Below, piece after piece: positions 13,100 to 25,918 of a stretch of DNA of 64,000 nucleotides. A program made the translations under genes and the position numbers. The DNA comes from Lytechinus pictus (taxonomy: Eukaryota), in assembly GCF_037042905.1 (NCBI RefSeq), contig NC_087252.1, positions 3,846,001 through 3,910,000 of the forward strand, read 5' to 3'. Within the stretch, counting starts at the first letter, position 1. Each line of letters opens with the position of its first letter. The notes under the pieces were generated by a model that was given only the letters and a program-made list of their open reading frames with translations, had not been told where the DNA came from and did no database searches.

Positions 13100-16000
13100 A
13101 AGATGTCTTTTTTACAGCATGGACATTCATTACCGTTTTCTCCCTTATTTGATAACAATTCATTTTTAGATGACTGTACTGAGAAAATACAATTAGAACA
13201 TTCATAAAGATTTTTCCATGTTTGTTGAGAAATTAGATTTGAGAAGGTAAATTGTCTAACACCAGTTCGTCTATTTCCATTTTGTTTCAAAACCAGTTGG
13301 TTCAATACCTATTTTTTATTCATTTCACCCCAAAACATTCCAATTAGACCATATGGTATAAGGACTAAATGGCTATCAGACCAACTGGTTTTTAGACAAT
13401 TGGTGAGAGGACGAAATGACAGTAAGACCATGTACAATGGACAATCTGATGGAATCCAAATAATATTAAACGAGTTAGTGTTTGAATGAATTGGGATTAC
13501 CGATAGACCAAATGGAAATAAACCTTTGAGATGGCTCTTGTGAAAATTTCTTTTTACTGTATGAATATTTTTTTTTTTTTTTTTTTTACCCTAGTGTGTT
13601 GACAGATGAACATCCAGATCACTTTTCCATGAATTTTTTCATTCACAATGAGATCATTCATGAGATTTAACTCCTATGTGTTAGAAGATGTCTATTTAAG
13701 TTACACTAATGTGAAAATTTATTTTCAGTGTGAACATCCATAAGGTTTTTCCCCAGTATGGGTTGAAAGATGGATATTCAGATCTTTTCTCTGTGAAAAT
13801 TTCTTTCACAATGTGGACGTTTATAAGCCTTTTCTCCTGTGTGTGTTAGGATATGACTCCACAGGGTACTCTTCTGTGCAAATCTCTTTTCACAATGTGA
13901 ATATTCATAAGGTTTTTCTCCTGTGTGTGTTAACAGTTGATTATTGACAGACTTCCTATGTACAAACTTCTTTTCACAATCTGAAAATTCATAGTGTTTC
14001 TCCTTTGTGTACTACATGTCGCAGATGAGTGTTGAGAGTACTCTCATGTGGACATTTCTTTTAACAATGTGAACATTAATAAGGTTTTTCTCCTTTGTGT
14101 GAACAGACAATTTTTTTAGAATATTCCTCTGTGCAAATTTCTTTATACAAAGTACACTGTAACAATTCACAAGGTTTTTCTCCTGTGTGTGTTACAAAAT
14201 GAAATTTAAGCCGTCCTTTCTTTGAAAATTTCTTTTCAGAGTGTGAACAAAAGGTTTTTTAACAGTATGGGCTGAAAGATGGATATTCAGATTGCTTTTC
14301 AGTGATTTTTTTTCACAATGCGAATATTCATAAGGTTTTTCTCTTATGTGTGTGTAAATACAGATGAGTGTTGAGAGTATTACTACATGCAAATTTCTTT
14401 TGACAGTATTTGCATTCATAAGGCTTTCTCCTGTGTGTGTAAGCAGATGATTTGTTAGAGTATTTCTTTGTGCAAATTTCTTTTTACAATACATGTATGA
14501 ACAATCATAAGGTTTTTCACAAGTGTGTGTAAGCAGATAAGTGTTGAGAGTACTCCTTTGAACAAATTTCTTTCTTACAAGTCATAAGTCTTTTCTCCTG
14601 TGTGTTACAAAATAAGATTTGAGCTGACCTTTGAATATTTCTTGTCAGTATTCACATTCACAAGGTGTGAATTCTCTTGTGTGTGCTTGGAGATAATAAT
14701 TTTAATAACCTATCAATGAAAATCTCTTTTTACAGAATTAACAGTCAAATTGTTTATCTCCTTTGTGAGTCAAAAGATGGCATTCAAGATCTCTCTTCTG
14801 TGAAAATCCTTTCTCACAGTAGTCACATCCGTGCAGTGCGTTGTAAGATGACCATCCAGACTATTTTTACTCATGAATATTCATGAGATTTTACTCCTGT
14901 GTGTGTTTGATGTATTTTTAAGTTACACTTTAGTGAAATTTTTTCACAATCTGAACATTCATAAGGTTTTTCTCCAATGTGTGTTAGCAGATGGTGATTG
15001 AGAGTATTATTAAGTGCAAATTTCAGTGTGGGTTGACGAGATGCTTATTCAGATTGCTTTTGTGTGAAAATTTATTTTCAAGTGAACATTCATAAGGTTT
15101 TTCTCCAATGTGTGTTAGCAGATGGTGATTGAGAGTATTCTTAAGTGCAAATTTCAGTGTGTCAGAAGATGTCTATCTAAGTTACTCTTATATGAAAATT
15201 TATTTTCACAATATGAGCATTCATAAGGTCTTTCACCAGTATGTAATAGGAAATGTCTGTGTTAGTTACTCTTCTGTGTGAATTTCTTTTCACAGTTTTC
15301 ACATTCAAAAGGTTTTTCTCCTGTATGTGTGAGTAGATGATCATTGAGAGTACTCATTCGTGAACATTTCTTTTCACAATATGAACATTCATGAGGTCTT
15401 TCTCCTGTGTGTGTTAGGAGATGTTTGTTGAGAGTACTCCTATGTGTGAAACTGTGAATTTCTTTTCACAGTTTTCACAGTCAAAAGATTTTTTGCCTGT
15501 ATGTGTTAGCAGATGAGTGTTCACAATATGAGCATTCATAAGGTCTTTCACCAGTATGTAATAGGAAATGTCTGTGTAAGTTACTCTTCTGTGAAAATTT
15601 CTTTTTACAATGTGAACATTCATAAGGTTTTCCTCCTGTGTGTGTCAGAAGATTTCTATCAAGGTTACTCATATCTGAAAATTTCTTTTCGCAATATGAA
15701 CATTCATAAGGTTTTTCTCTTATGTGTGTTAGAAGATGTCTATTTAATTTACACATATATGTGAAAATTTCTTTTCACAGTATGAACATTCATAGGGCTT
15801 TTCACCAGTATGGTTTGAAAGATGGACATTTAGATCGGTTTTCTGTGCGAATTTCTTTTTACAGACTTCACATTCAAAAGGTTCTTTGCCTGTATGTGTT
15901 AGCAGATAATTTCTTAGAATACTCATTCGTGAAAATTTTGTTTCACAATATGAACATTCATAAGGTTTTTCTCCTCTGTGTGTTAGGAGATGGTTGTTGA

Positions 16001-16388
16001 GAGAACTCCTTTGTGAAAATTTCTTTTCACAAAGTGAACATTCATAAGGTTTTTCTCCTCTGTGTTCGGAGGTGAATTTTTAAAGAACTTATCATTGAAA
16101 ATCTCTTTTTACAAAATGAACAGTCAAATTGTTTATCTCCTTTATGAGTCAAAAGATGGCATTCAAGATCTCTCTTCTGTGAAAATCCTTTCTCACAGGA
16201 GTCACATCCATGCAGTTTTCCTCCTGCGTGTAAATTGGTTTGTGGAATGGAATATATGCTTTCACTGGATCTTGGAGATTGATATAGTCTTTCTCTTTCT
16301 CTACGATGTACTTCATATTTAGATTCACGTGCACCACTTATCAAAGTAGATTGTCCTTCCAATTGATGTCCACTGTCACAGATATCTC
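13100..16388 (-). pseudogene. Zinc-finger block E, frameshifted at the end of finger 2, plus decayed tail
   Basis: Same GDICDSGHQLEGQ start after acceptor catgtttcatgtcattag|GAG at 16388; 2-nt loss in the His/linker codons near 16060 (LRTQRRKTL*); further fragments 15744-15926, 15481-15756, 14192-14494. Confidence 0.75.
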
Positions 16389-17735
16389 CTAATGACATGA
16401 AACATGATTTAATTCTTTAGTCATTCACTCGTATTATCTCTTTATATTATGACCCATCACTCGCATTATCTCTTATTGTGACCCCCGTCCAAAAAAAAAA
16501 GAAAAAGGAAAAAGTCAAATAACACAGAAAGTTTAAATAGACCCCTCAAAAAGGTTCTGCAGCTCAAGTTTGAAAGGTAATGAATTTAAGTGTTCCATCG
16601 TATATGAATACGGTACCATTGGATGATAATTCCTCTTCTTAATAATGCATTATTTGCATATTGTAATGTTTTCATGGAATGCACAGAATTTATAAATATG
16701 CAGCAATGTAAAAATGACATGTTGCAAAATTCATTGTTTCTGATAACGAATTTCCAATTTCCACGGTCGTGTACACTGTATACAAAGGTTAGTAATCGCT
16801 ATATGAAACGTCCTATCAAGATCATTGTTACATGTGCATTTTGCTCAGTATGCAAACTACATGTACATGTAGGAACCAATCAGAAATGCTGTTTTAAAAT
16901 TAGCGATCGATCACTAACCTTTGACACAGTTTGATTGACGCTGATCCACTTCACGGAAGTCCACACATGGTGTACTCTCGTTTGCATTTAATGGATTGAA
17001 TGTGTTTCAAATCACGTTTGAACCATGAAATTTAAAAAGGTTTTAAGATGGTGAACTAAAAAAAAAAATCATTGGTTTAATTGTTGTTTACATTTTAAGT
17101 TTTCACTTCAAGCAAACACAAAATCACACAATATTTCAATCCTTTACAATTTTTATCTGAAACACTTGATCATGCACACAAACAGTGGAAACACATCTCT
17201 TCAACAACACAAACCATTCCTTTCAACTTTTAAATGACCCAAACATTCATTCTCACCTGCTTCCCAAGGGCAAAATTCAAGGAAATGGAGACTCTGGTTT
17301 AAAGAAAACAAAGCATTTTACAACATTTTCACTTCTGACTTTGCCCTAAAATGGCAAATCATCGAAAAGAGGAATAATCCAGCTTTCAAATGATACCACT
17401 TCCACATTTTATAATTCAGTTGCAAAAAAGATATCGTCCCTCACATTCGAGCTGCAGAATTTTTATGGGTTTATATAGTTCAGTGGAGAATTCTCATTTC
17501 ATTGTAATGTCTTTGATATCACATGATTGTTGAAATGAAAGGGGAAAAAAGAGAAGAAAATTTGGATTGCTCTATTGACTTTATTAAGGAGTTTAACATG
17601 AAGCTAAATCAATACTTGTTCATGAAAATTCTAAGGAATTAGATAAATTTAAGTTGGAGGAAACTGCAGATAGTCTTCAAACTGATTTTTATTAAGTTTT
17701 TAATCTACATGTACACTCAACGAAAATGTACACTC

Positions 17736-18684
17736 ACGCAAATCTACGTATCCATGGCATCCGACCAGAAGACATATGCTGTTAATCTACTGAGTGACTG
17801 CCTCAAGGACATCAAGGTCTGGTCAGCGAAGAACAGACTCCGTCTCAACGAAGCCAAATCAGAACTGGTACATCTTTCTTCGCAATTTAGAGCTACGGAG
17901 CCTCTGCCAGACTTCAATATGGGAGAGGGCATACTTAAGATGTCTGACTCTGTCAAAGACCTTGGTGTCACTTTAGACAAGCACCTTACCCTCCAGCCAC
18001 ATATCAGGAACATCTGCAAATCAGCATCATGGGGTTTATTTAGGATTGGTAAGGTCAGGCGACTACTCGACCAAGCCTCTACTGAAAAACTCATTCATGC
18101 CTTCGTCTCATCCCATCTAGACTATTGCAACTCCCTCTTTGCCGGCCTCCCAATTTCTTCCATCTCTCCCCTCCAGCGAATCCTCAACACTGCAGCGAGA
18201 ATGGTAACCTTGAGCAAGAAACACGAACACATCACCCCTATTCTCCGATCACTTCATTGGCTTCCGGTTCACTCTCGCATAACGTTCAAAATTCTACTCA
18301 TTGTATACAAAATTACCCATAATATGTCACCCAAATATCTCCAAGACCTTATTTCCCTTCGTTCTTCCTCTTCTGTCAGATCCTTACGTTCATCATATTC
18401 CAATAATTTAATTCATGGCCCTCGCACTAAGACCCGATATGGTGATCGTGCATTTTCTGTAATTGCTCCCACCCTCTGGAATAAACTCCCAATTCATATC
18501 CAAAATGCTCCCTCCGTAGAAATCTTCAAATCGTCACTTAAAGCTCACCTTTTCTCATAACTTAACTTTTTTTTTTTTTTTTTTTTTTACCGATTGACTG
18601 TATACTATTATAATCTGCCAACCTGTGCGCTTTGAAACACCAGTATAAAGCGCCCTACAAATGTTATTATTATTATTATTATTA
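17736..18684 (+). mobile_element. 5'-truncated L2/CR1-group LINE (RT C-terminal region, 3' UTR, (TTA)n tail)
   Basis: Open frame begins at TQIY (just after the expected YADD motif) and has NRLRLNEAKSE, DLGVTLD, SHLDYCNSL, HITPILRSLHWLP and YGDRAFS..APTLWNKLP; tail gcgccctacaaatg(tta)n. Confidence 0.9.
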
Positions 18685-18962
18685 AATGTAAGCCACTATC
18701 TCTGAACAAAATTATGTAAATTTTGAAAGGAATAATTCAAAGATTTAATATTACATTTCAGGTTTTTTTTTTTCAAAACTCATTTACTACTGTACCTTCT
18801 GAAAAGAAGTGGAACGCCCCTGGCAGTCTCGCCTGCATTACGATTCAATATAGCAGCAATGCTGACTTTGAAAACTGTTAAATGATTATTCACAAAAAAC
18901 ACGAATCATATGATAATACTACATGACCCTAAATGACCTCCGACCTTGATTATGTGATCTAA

Positions 18963-19767
18963 GGGTGTGTTTATGCGCCACTTTTTTACCCTAGAATCAT
19001 GATCTGAATCATGATTCAAATCATGATTCTGCAGAATCACGATTGCATTTAGTCTAAAATGGAAATAAACGTCTTTCAAATCACAAACATGAAACACGGA
19101 AAAAGGGCGTTTAGAAAGACGTTTCTGTAGAATCACGAACGAAAAATGTCGTATAAACGCAATCGTGATTTGAATCATGATTCTATGACGTCACTGTGTC
19201 GGGCTACTTTAGGTTTGACTCTTGCCAAGCTCAAGACGCGCTATGCTCAGTGTATTTATACAAAATATGATATGCATGCATTTCTTGTCACATGCATTTA
19301 ACTGTGTTGGGCATCGCATCGTCCACTTCTTTTGATCTTTTTTTTGTCATGTCGTCAACTTCAAGTGAACTAGTAAATGAACTAACTGAACAGACAATGA
19401 TATCAATTGTGGATGAGTTAACAAGTGTCAATATGAAATTGGATCTACGCTTAAATTTACATCCGAACACAATTTTCGATAAACCGACAAGAAGAATAAT
19501 AAGTAAACAAATTTTGGTATAATAGACTGAATTCGGAAGGTACAGGATTGATTTTTCGAGAGCCAAAACCCGTGCGAAAAAAGTGGACCTAACTTCCTCT
19601 GTCAAACTGCGCACTGTGATGCGCACTGGATCGGTCCGAATCCGAGGAAAAACAGCTTTAAAATGAAGGTTCGTCTGAACGCTGATTCTGTGGTATTGTG
19701 ATTCATGTTTGTTTTTTGAATCATGATTCAAATCATGATTCTGGCTTGAGGTCGCATAAACGCAGCC
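18963..19767. mobile_element. PIF/Harbinger-like MITE (805 bp)
   Basis: TIR GGGTGTGTTTATGCG / CGCATAAACGCAGCC; TAA TSD at 18960-18962 and 19768-19770; subterminal palindromic AATCATGATT arrays at both ends. Confidence 0.8.
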
Positions 19768-20029
19768 TAAGACTCATGCAAATCAATATTTCATTACCCT
19801 TCTGCCCATATTTAATAAACAAGGTCCATATATGGTGTCATTTCAAAAAGGGCAAGTCCAAGAAAAGGTCACCCTAGAAGGCAAAATTTCATCTTTAATT
19901 TAAGAAGTTATCTTTGGTGGGGTAAGAAAGCCAAAATGTTGAATTTCAAAATTTTATTAAGAAAAATTTGATAATATGCATATTTATGCTAATTTGGGGC
20001 ACCTAATTTGCATAATTGGTAAAATGAGT

Positions 20030-22400
20030 GTTACGTATGGGACAATTATAAAATCTCATAGAAAATAAAAACAAAACTTGTGAGATTTAGTTATTGGTGG
20101 GACATGGACCCCTAACATCTTATTCCTTTTGGGGAAAAAAAGTGGTGTCATCTAATTAAATATGCAAATTAGATCTTGTCTAAGGATGGAATGTCCCATA
20201 CGTAACATTTTGAGGATGTTTTTTAAAGTTATTTCTCAAAATACAATACTTGTATTATTGCATCTCTGGGAAGTTCTAATAAATTAAGTATGAAAATGTT
20301 ATACCACAAAAAGTTTCTAAAATATAGTTTACTTTTTAATCAAAAGTTAATTAAAAAATTGTTACGTATGGGACATGTTACGTATGGGATATTTACACAC
20401 AATGTCAATGGGGAGATTTGTGTACAAAGTGAATGGAGAAAAACATCTTTCAAGAGTGCTCTGATTTCATTCAAAACTTTAACTCTTTATCTGTATTTGA
20501 CAGTTTACGGGTTTACAATTCAGCATCCACAAATGATGGAATATTTTTTCCTTGTAAGAAAGGTATTCTCAATAGTCACTCGCACCATCTGGCATGGTTT
20601 GGTAGCCAATGATGTCATGTATGACTCCTTTTTCTTGAAATATTGGATTACAATATTATCCTCCTTAAATATTTTAGGCCTTGTCCAAATAGGACTTGGC
20701 AGCTTCAATGTCTTTTTTTGTACACTGTACCAAACCACAGTTACTTGGCTGCACACTTCAGATAGATAAATCTGTGAGAAACTTTAATAGGGATCAAGTT
20801 CAACTCATCAAGCATTGGTTTTCTCCTGAACACTGCTTGTATGTGGACCCCTCCAAAGGCACTGTACCAAAATTCAGAGTTATGATTTTTTAGCAGGAAT
20901 CTTGCAAGCTGTTTTTCATTGCTAATTATCATATCTGATAATAAACCAAACCACGAGTAATACATGGAAAGCCACGAGGTGAAAGACGCATAGTTAGTAC
21001 CTGATTCTTGCAAAAAGCCACAGCACAGTCTGTTTAGTATTACCTACATGTACAACTTCATATCATTAGCCTTTCCTTTGATGAGCCCTTGGATGTTACA
21101 CTGAAATTCAATTCAGCATCCCCAACCATCAAATACTCCCCCTATACCTCTATAGCTTTTTCCGAGGTCCAGCTCAGTTCTAACCAGGGTACCCCCCAAG
21201 AAAAATTGATCTACATGAAAACAAGGCAACTCACCAAAGTTGCTTAAATGCAAATTTTCGGTCTTGGTTGGGACTTGTTGGTACCTACCTAATTTACTCT
21301 ATCAATTTTTGTGTGTAATGCAAATCTGCTCTGAACCCACATTAGCCCGCTCACGGTAGTTTGCTGTGCAGACCCTAGTTCATCACTAGGGGTATGAATG
21401 GTGGCCGAACAAAGAATGATTTTGAACCAGGCATGTAGCTACTTCAAGCAATATCCAGAATGCTCTTTAAATCTCAGTGTATTCTCACCTGAGATGTTCT
21501 TGCAAAAAAATTGTTTATTTCATGTCCTCGAACACATGCTTTGTGGCAAAAAAGGTTAATTTTAATTAATCAGAAGGAAAGAGTTTTTTCTGATTTTGAA
21601 AGAATGTTTGGTGTTCACAGAGATTTCTTCATACTCTTTTCTACCATAAGAATATTTTATCTATTTCTGCAAATTTCAAAATAAGATCCCTGACGTTGTT
21701 AGCTTTATAAACCTTTCTTAATTAGTAAGACAAAGAAATAACATTCCTTAAAAGATAGGTGAACGTTCTGCTCATTTCTGTAAATGGAGACAGAGAATGT
21801 TCAAGTCATACCTGACTAACTTGAACCATCGCCAAATCTTAATGCACTATAAATATGTTCATTACTATGTATAGTGGTTTTCTCTTGATATGTTCATAAT
21901 TTTGTGTTGATTGATTATGTTATATTCTTTTATCTCAGTACATCATTAAAATATGAATTATGATCCGAGTCTTCACACGAATGGAAAGTTGTCAGGATTT
22001 TTGAAACTGAGGAAACCATGGAGAGGAAAGAAAATAGATGAACTCAACGTCAAATTCAATATTTCCATTGATAGGGGTGAAGTTGGGAAAATTGAAAAAT
22101 ATTAGCCTTTCATAGGCCTAAATGATGTCAGGAACAACATTTTGACTTCATCACTGACTTTATCTTGTAAAATGCTTTAAAAATTATTCGATGTCCTTTT
22201 TTATACACAATATGAGACCGTGAGTGACACGACACAACTTTAACAGTTAATTATAGCTTAACCTTAACACATTGGACCAAGTTACTTTATATACAATAAG
22301 GTATGGGAAAACTGTATTTGCTCCTGTACTGGGATAAATTAATTTTCAGAATACACAGGTCTAGAAAACTTTTTTGTCTTTTAAACGTGAGTGACACGAC
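20030..22400. mobile_element. Probable decayed DNA-transposon remnant with repeated motifs and an eroded minus-strand reading frame
   Basis: GTTACGTATGGGA occurs at ~20030, ~20193 (inverted) and twice at ~20361-20390; CGTGAGTGACACGACA at ~22219 and ~22386; broken codon-like frame ~20500-21550. Ends and family not determined. Confidence 0.35.
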
Positions 22401-23951
22401 ATCCAGTTTTGACAACTTTAAAGATCTACTTTTTTCAGAAAAACACTTCAGATAATTTGTTTTTCTTATTTAGGAGTTAGATACAATACAGAACTTGTAT
22501 CTTACCAACAAATAGGCTTCTAATACAAATTTTATATTGTGATAGGCAATATGTGAATTTTAATGCAAAAATCAGCATTTTGTAACATTTAATTTCCCTT
22601 GCACTAAATTCACTGTATTTCCAGACAAAATTAATAATTTTATGTAACTGAAATGAAAAAACATACTTTGAGATGTTTTCCTATTTATTATTTCATGCAT
22701 GTATTGGGCCTCTTTGGCTGAAATTGGGCTATCCCTATTCCAATTTATTCCCTAAAACAAGTTATAATATGGATAATATGTACAATGAAAATGTGTTTTG
22801 CATGATAAATTTAAGATGTTATGATGGTACATGAAAATGTAACTGGCACCTGATATCTTCAGGCGTGGTTTTCTATTTAGTAGAAAAAAAAAAAAAAGTC
22901 CTATTCATATTTAGTGTGCTTGATCAACAGTTCAAAGTTATACATGTAAGTGTTATGGATGAATAAGAACAGCAAGTACCTTATAACTAAATTTGAAATT
23001 TGCCTAAGAAATTTCGTTTTCAAGTTTTATTTCAACCCCAAGAAAATTAGTCTGATGACTTCCTTAATTGTGTCCTCACTCATCTGTTTTTGCACAAAAT
23101 ATCATCCATAATCCACATGTAGCAGTTATTGTAGCTTAAACATGTTCTGCCAATTGCCAAATGATAATTGTTCAAGACATTTATTTTTTCAATTTTTGTT
23201 TCACCAAACCGTTATAACCTTAAACCCTTTGGTGCCCAGACTTTGCATAATATTGATCAATAAGAGGAAATCAAACTTCCAACAAAATTGAAATGAGGCC
23301 TTGTTTTATTTACCATTTTTGTAGATTCTGATGTGAGTTTTTTCATGAAACTTGGCACATGACTTTTATTTCACAAAGAGATGTAGTAACATATTAACAA
23401 ATATTTGATATGGCAAAGAGTGAGGCAAGGCCTAATTTTTAAAATGTGGACTCACAGAAGCGTATGACATTTATAGGAATTCATAAAAATCTTATAAAAT
23501 GAAGAAAAAAAGGGACGGTCTGTGACAGGTAGCCAAAGAAATTAGAAGGGACTTTTCAGTCTGTGTTTACTGAAGCATGAAGTTTTACTGAATATTTCTT
23601 TGTCATATAGAAGCAATGTTATGTAGTGCAAAAAAACAGTATTAACAGTAGTACGGTACTAACCTTCAAATTTTGAAAATTTCATTTTTTTTCTATTTTG
23701 TTCTCATCACTGTAGAAGATACTCTCCAAATGTGCCAAAAATGCAATTTTATCAAAATTGGTATTGTGCTCATTCAACCATAAAAGTTGAGGCAAAAGTC
23801 ATCCTACAACTGTAGGCCTATGTAAGAAAGCATCTCTTACAAGCCTTCTCAACATGTCTCATGTTGAAAATCTGGAACTATTTCCAACAAAATGGAATCA
23901 ACATCATGATTTTAGGCTTCTGACTTTGAAAAAGACAATTTTTCCTTCTAA

Positions 23952-25625
23952 TAGGAGTGGGCTATAAATGGGTGATTTTTTTGTTTTACTGTGGCAACAG
24001 TTTTTTGTGTTCCTTTTACCTTATCTCAACATGAAATGACAATATTTTTTATCTCGAGTCAGAGAAAAAAGTGTGCCGGGCCAAAATCCAAAATGGCCGC
24101 CAAAACCCCCCAAAATCACATTTTGGGCCACTACTTTTTTATTTGATGGTCTTTTCTCTGGTTTTGGTGTCTATTCATATGTTTTTGAGGGCAGGTAATT
24201 TGTTTTCTTAAAATTAGTAATTTTAAATCATTATTTGTAGAGTTATAAGGTGATTTTACTTAAATTTCCCCATTTTTAAAGCCCCCTTTTCAGCCAAAAA
24301 GTAGGTTTCATCGTCATGTGGTTCTTGGATATACGATACCAGTTGAACAGTAGCAGGCAGCTTATACAGTATAGCTATATTGCTTTTATTCCTCTAACTT
24401 GAGGTTTATGGATATTTGCGAAATATATCTTATCAAATAAAAGAAAATGTCATTTATCCATGGGGCTATATGGTATACAATGTACTGTATGTACTACACT
24501 GCATAAATCCATGCATTGACCACCATGACATATGACAAGGCCTGTATACATATAAACTATAGTGTCATAGAAATGAGCTCCTAAGGTTTAGAATTAGATT
24601 GTGAATTTGACTGCTTGTCAGCTGATGTACATGATGAAACCAGCAACGTAAATTGCACATTTTATAAATATCACATATCATATATACGTACATCACATTT
24701 TAGCCATATTCTTCATTTGGAGGCTTTTTTACCTGGTTGTGGGGTCTAACTGGCGTGTGTTTATGGGGTATAAAGATAACTATTATGGTAATGGTGATCA
24801 ACAGCCAATCAGAATCAAGGATTCCATGCAAGTTACCATAAAGTAAACATAATGTTAAATAGCTAGTGTAAATGCCATGATGTGGGGTTAATTACCTCTC
24901 TCCACCCCCTGAATTAGCATATCTGACAAAACATGTCCTCAATTTCTGAGACAAAACATATCTTCAATTACTGAGGCATCAAATTCTAAACCTGAGAGCT
25001 CATTTCTATGACACTATAGTTTATACAGGCCTTGTTATCTGTCATGGTGGCCAATGCATTTATGCAGTGCAGTATGTACAGTACATTGTATACTGTATAG
25101 CCCCAATTGATAATTGACATATTTTTATTTAATAAGATATATTTCACAAACATCCGTAAAACCCCAATTTAGAGGAATAAAAGCAACATAGCTAGATGAA
25201 GCTGCTTGCTATTGTTGACCTCGTACCATCTAATATCCAAGAACCCCAGGACAATAAAACCTACTTTTAGGCTGAAAAGGCTTTAAAAATTTGAATTTTT
25301 TTGTATAATTACCTTTTTACTCTACAAATAATGGTTTTAAAGTACTAATTAAAGGAAAACAAATTGCCTGCCCTCAAAAACATATGAATAGACACCAAAA
25401 CCAGGGAAAACGACCACCAAATTTATAAAGAAATTGTGGCCAAAACTGTGATTTTAGGGGGTTTTGGCGACCATTTAGGATTTTGGCCCGGCACACATTT
25501 TTCTCGGACCCGAGACAAAAAATATTGTCATTTCATGTTGAGATACATTACAAGGAATTTAAAAAAACGGTTGCCATACTAAAATTACAAAAAAGTATTT
25601 TTGACCCATGTATAGCCCACTCCTA
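23952..25625. mobile_element. Foldback non-autonomous DNA transposon with ~650-bp TIRs and 7-bp TSD
   Basis: Termini TAGGAGTGGGCTATA / TATAGCCCACTCCTA; arms ~23952-24600 and ~24980-25625 are inverted copies; CTTCTAA at 23945-23951 and 25626-25632. Confidence 0.9.
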
Positions 25626-25918
25626 CTTCTAACTTTGCTTTGTACAGAAGGATATTAACATTACAAGTATTTCTAATAAAGATGGAAGCTTAAAAGAAAA
25701 AATACCTACGGATGCATGTAAAGTTTTTTTTTAACTCCTCCTGGTTAAGAAATTATGGATGTTTTGGGGGAGAAGGGGGAGGGGAGACTTACTGTTTTGT
25801 TTTGTGTTCTTTTCTTTTGTTGAGTATACTTTGGATATGCAAAAAATTATTCAGTAATTAGCCCCCCTCCCCATGCCCCCTTTTTAAAAATAATTTAAAG
25901 TAGAACTATTAAAGGTAC

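Noticed and set aside
2314..16337. Recurrent alternative-frame and antisense ORFs in the finger cluster (MVKVNLNMKY..., [18 protein letters not shown]...)
   Set aside because: Shadow frames of the 84-bp finger repeat; their recurrence is explained by the duplications.
1..16400. CRISPR-like regular repeat array
   Set aside because: The periodicity is 84-bp coding finger units; there are no unique spacers or cas genes and the context is eukaryotic.
19288..19731. 147-aa ORF inside the Harbinger-like MITE
   Set aside because: No recognisable transposase or Myb/SANT motifs; too short to support a call.
20290..21550. ORF fragments as a host gene
   Set aside because: Stops and frameshifts, no recognisable domain; kept only as a low-confidence element remnant.
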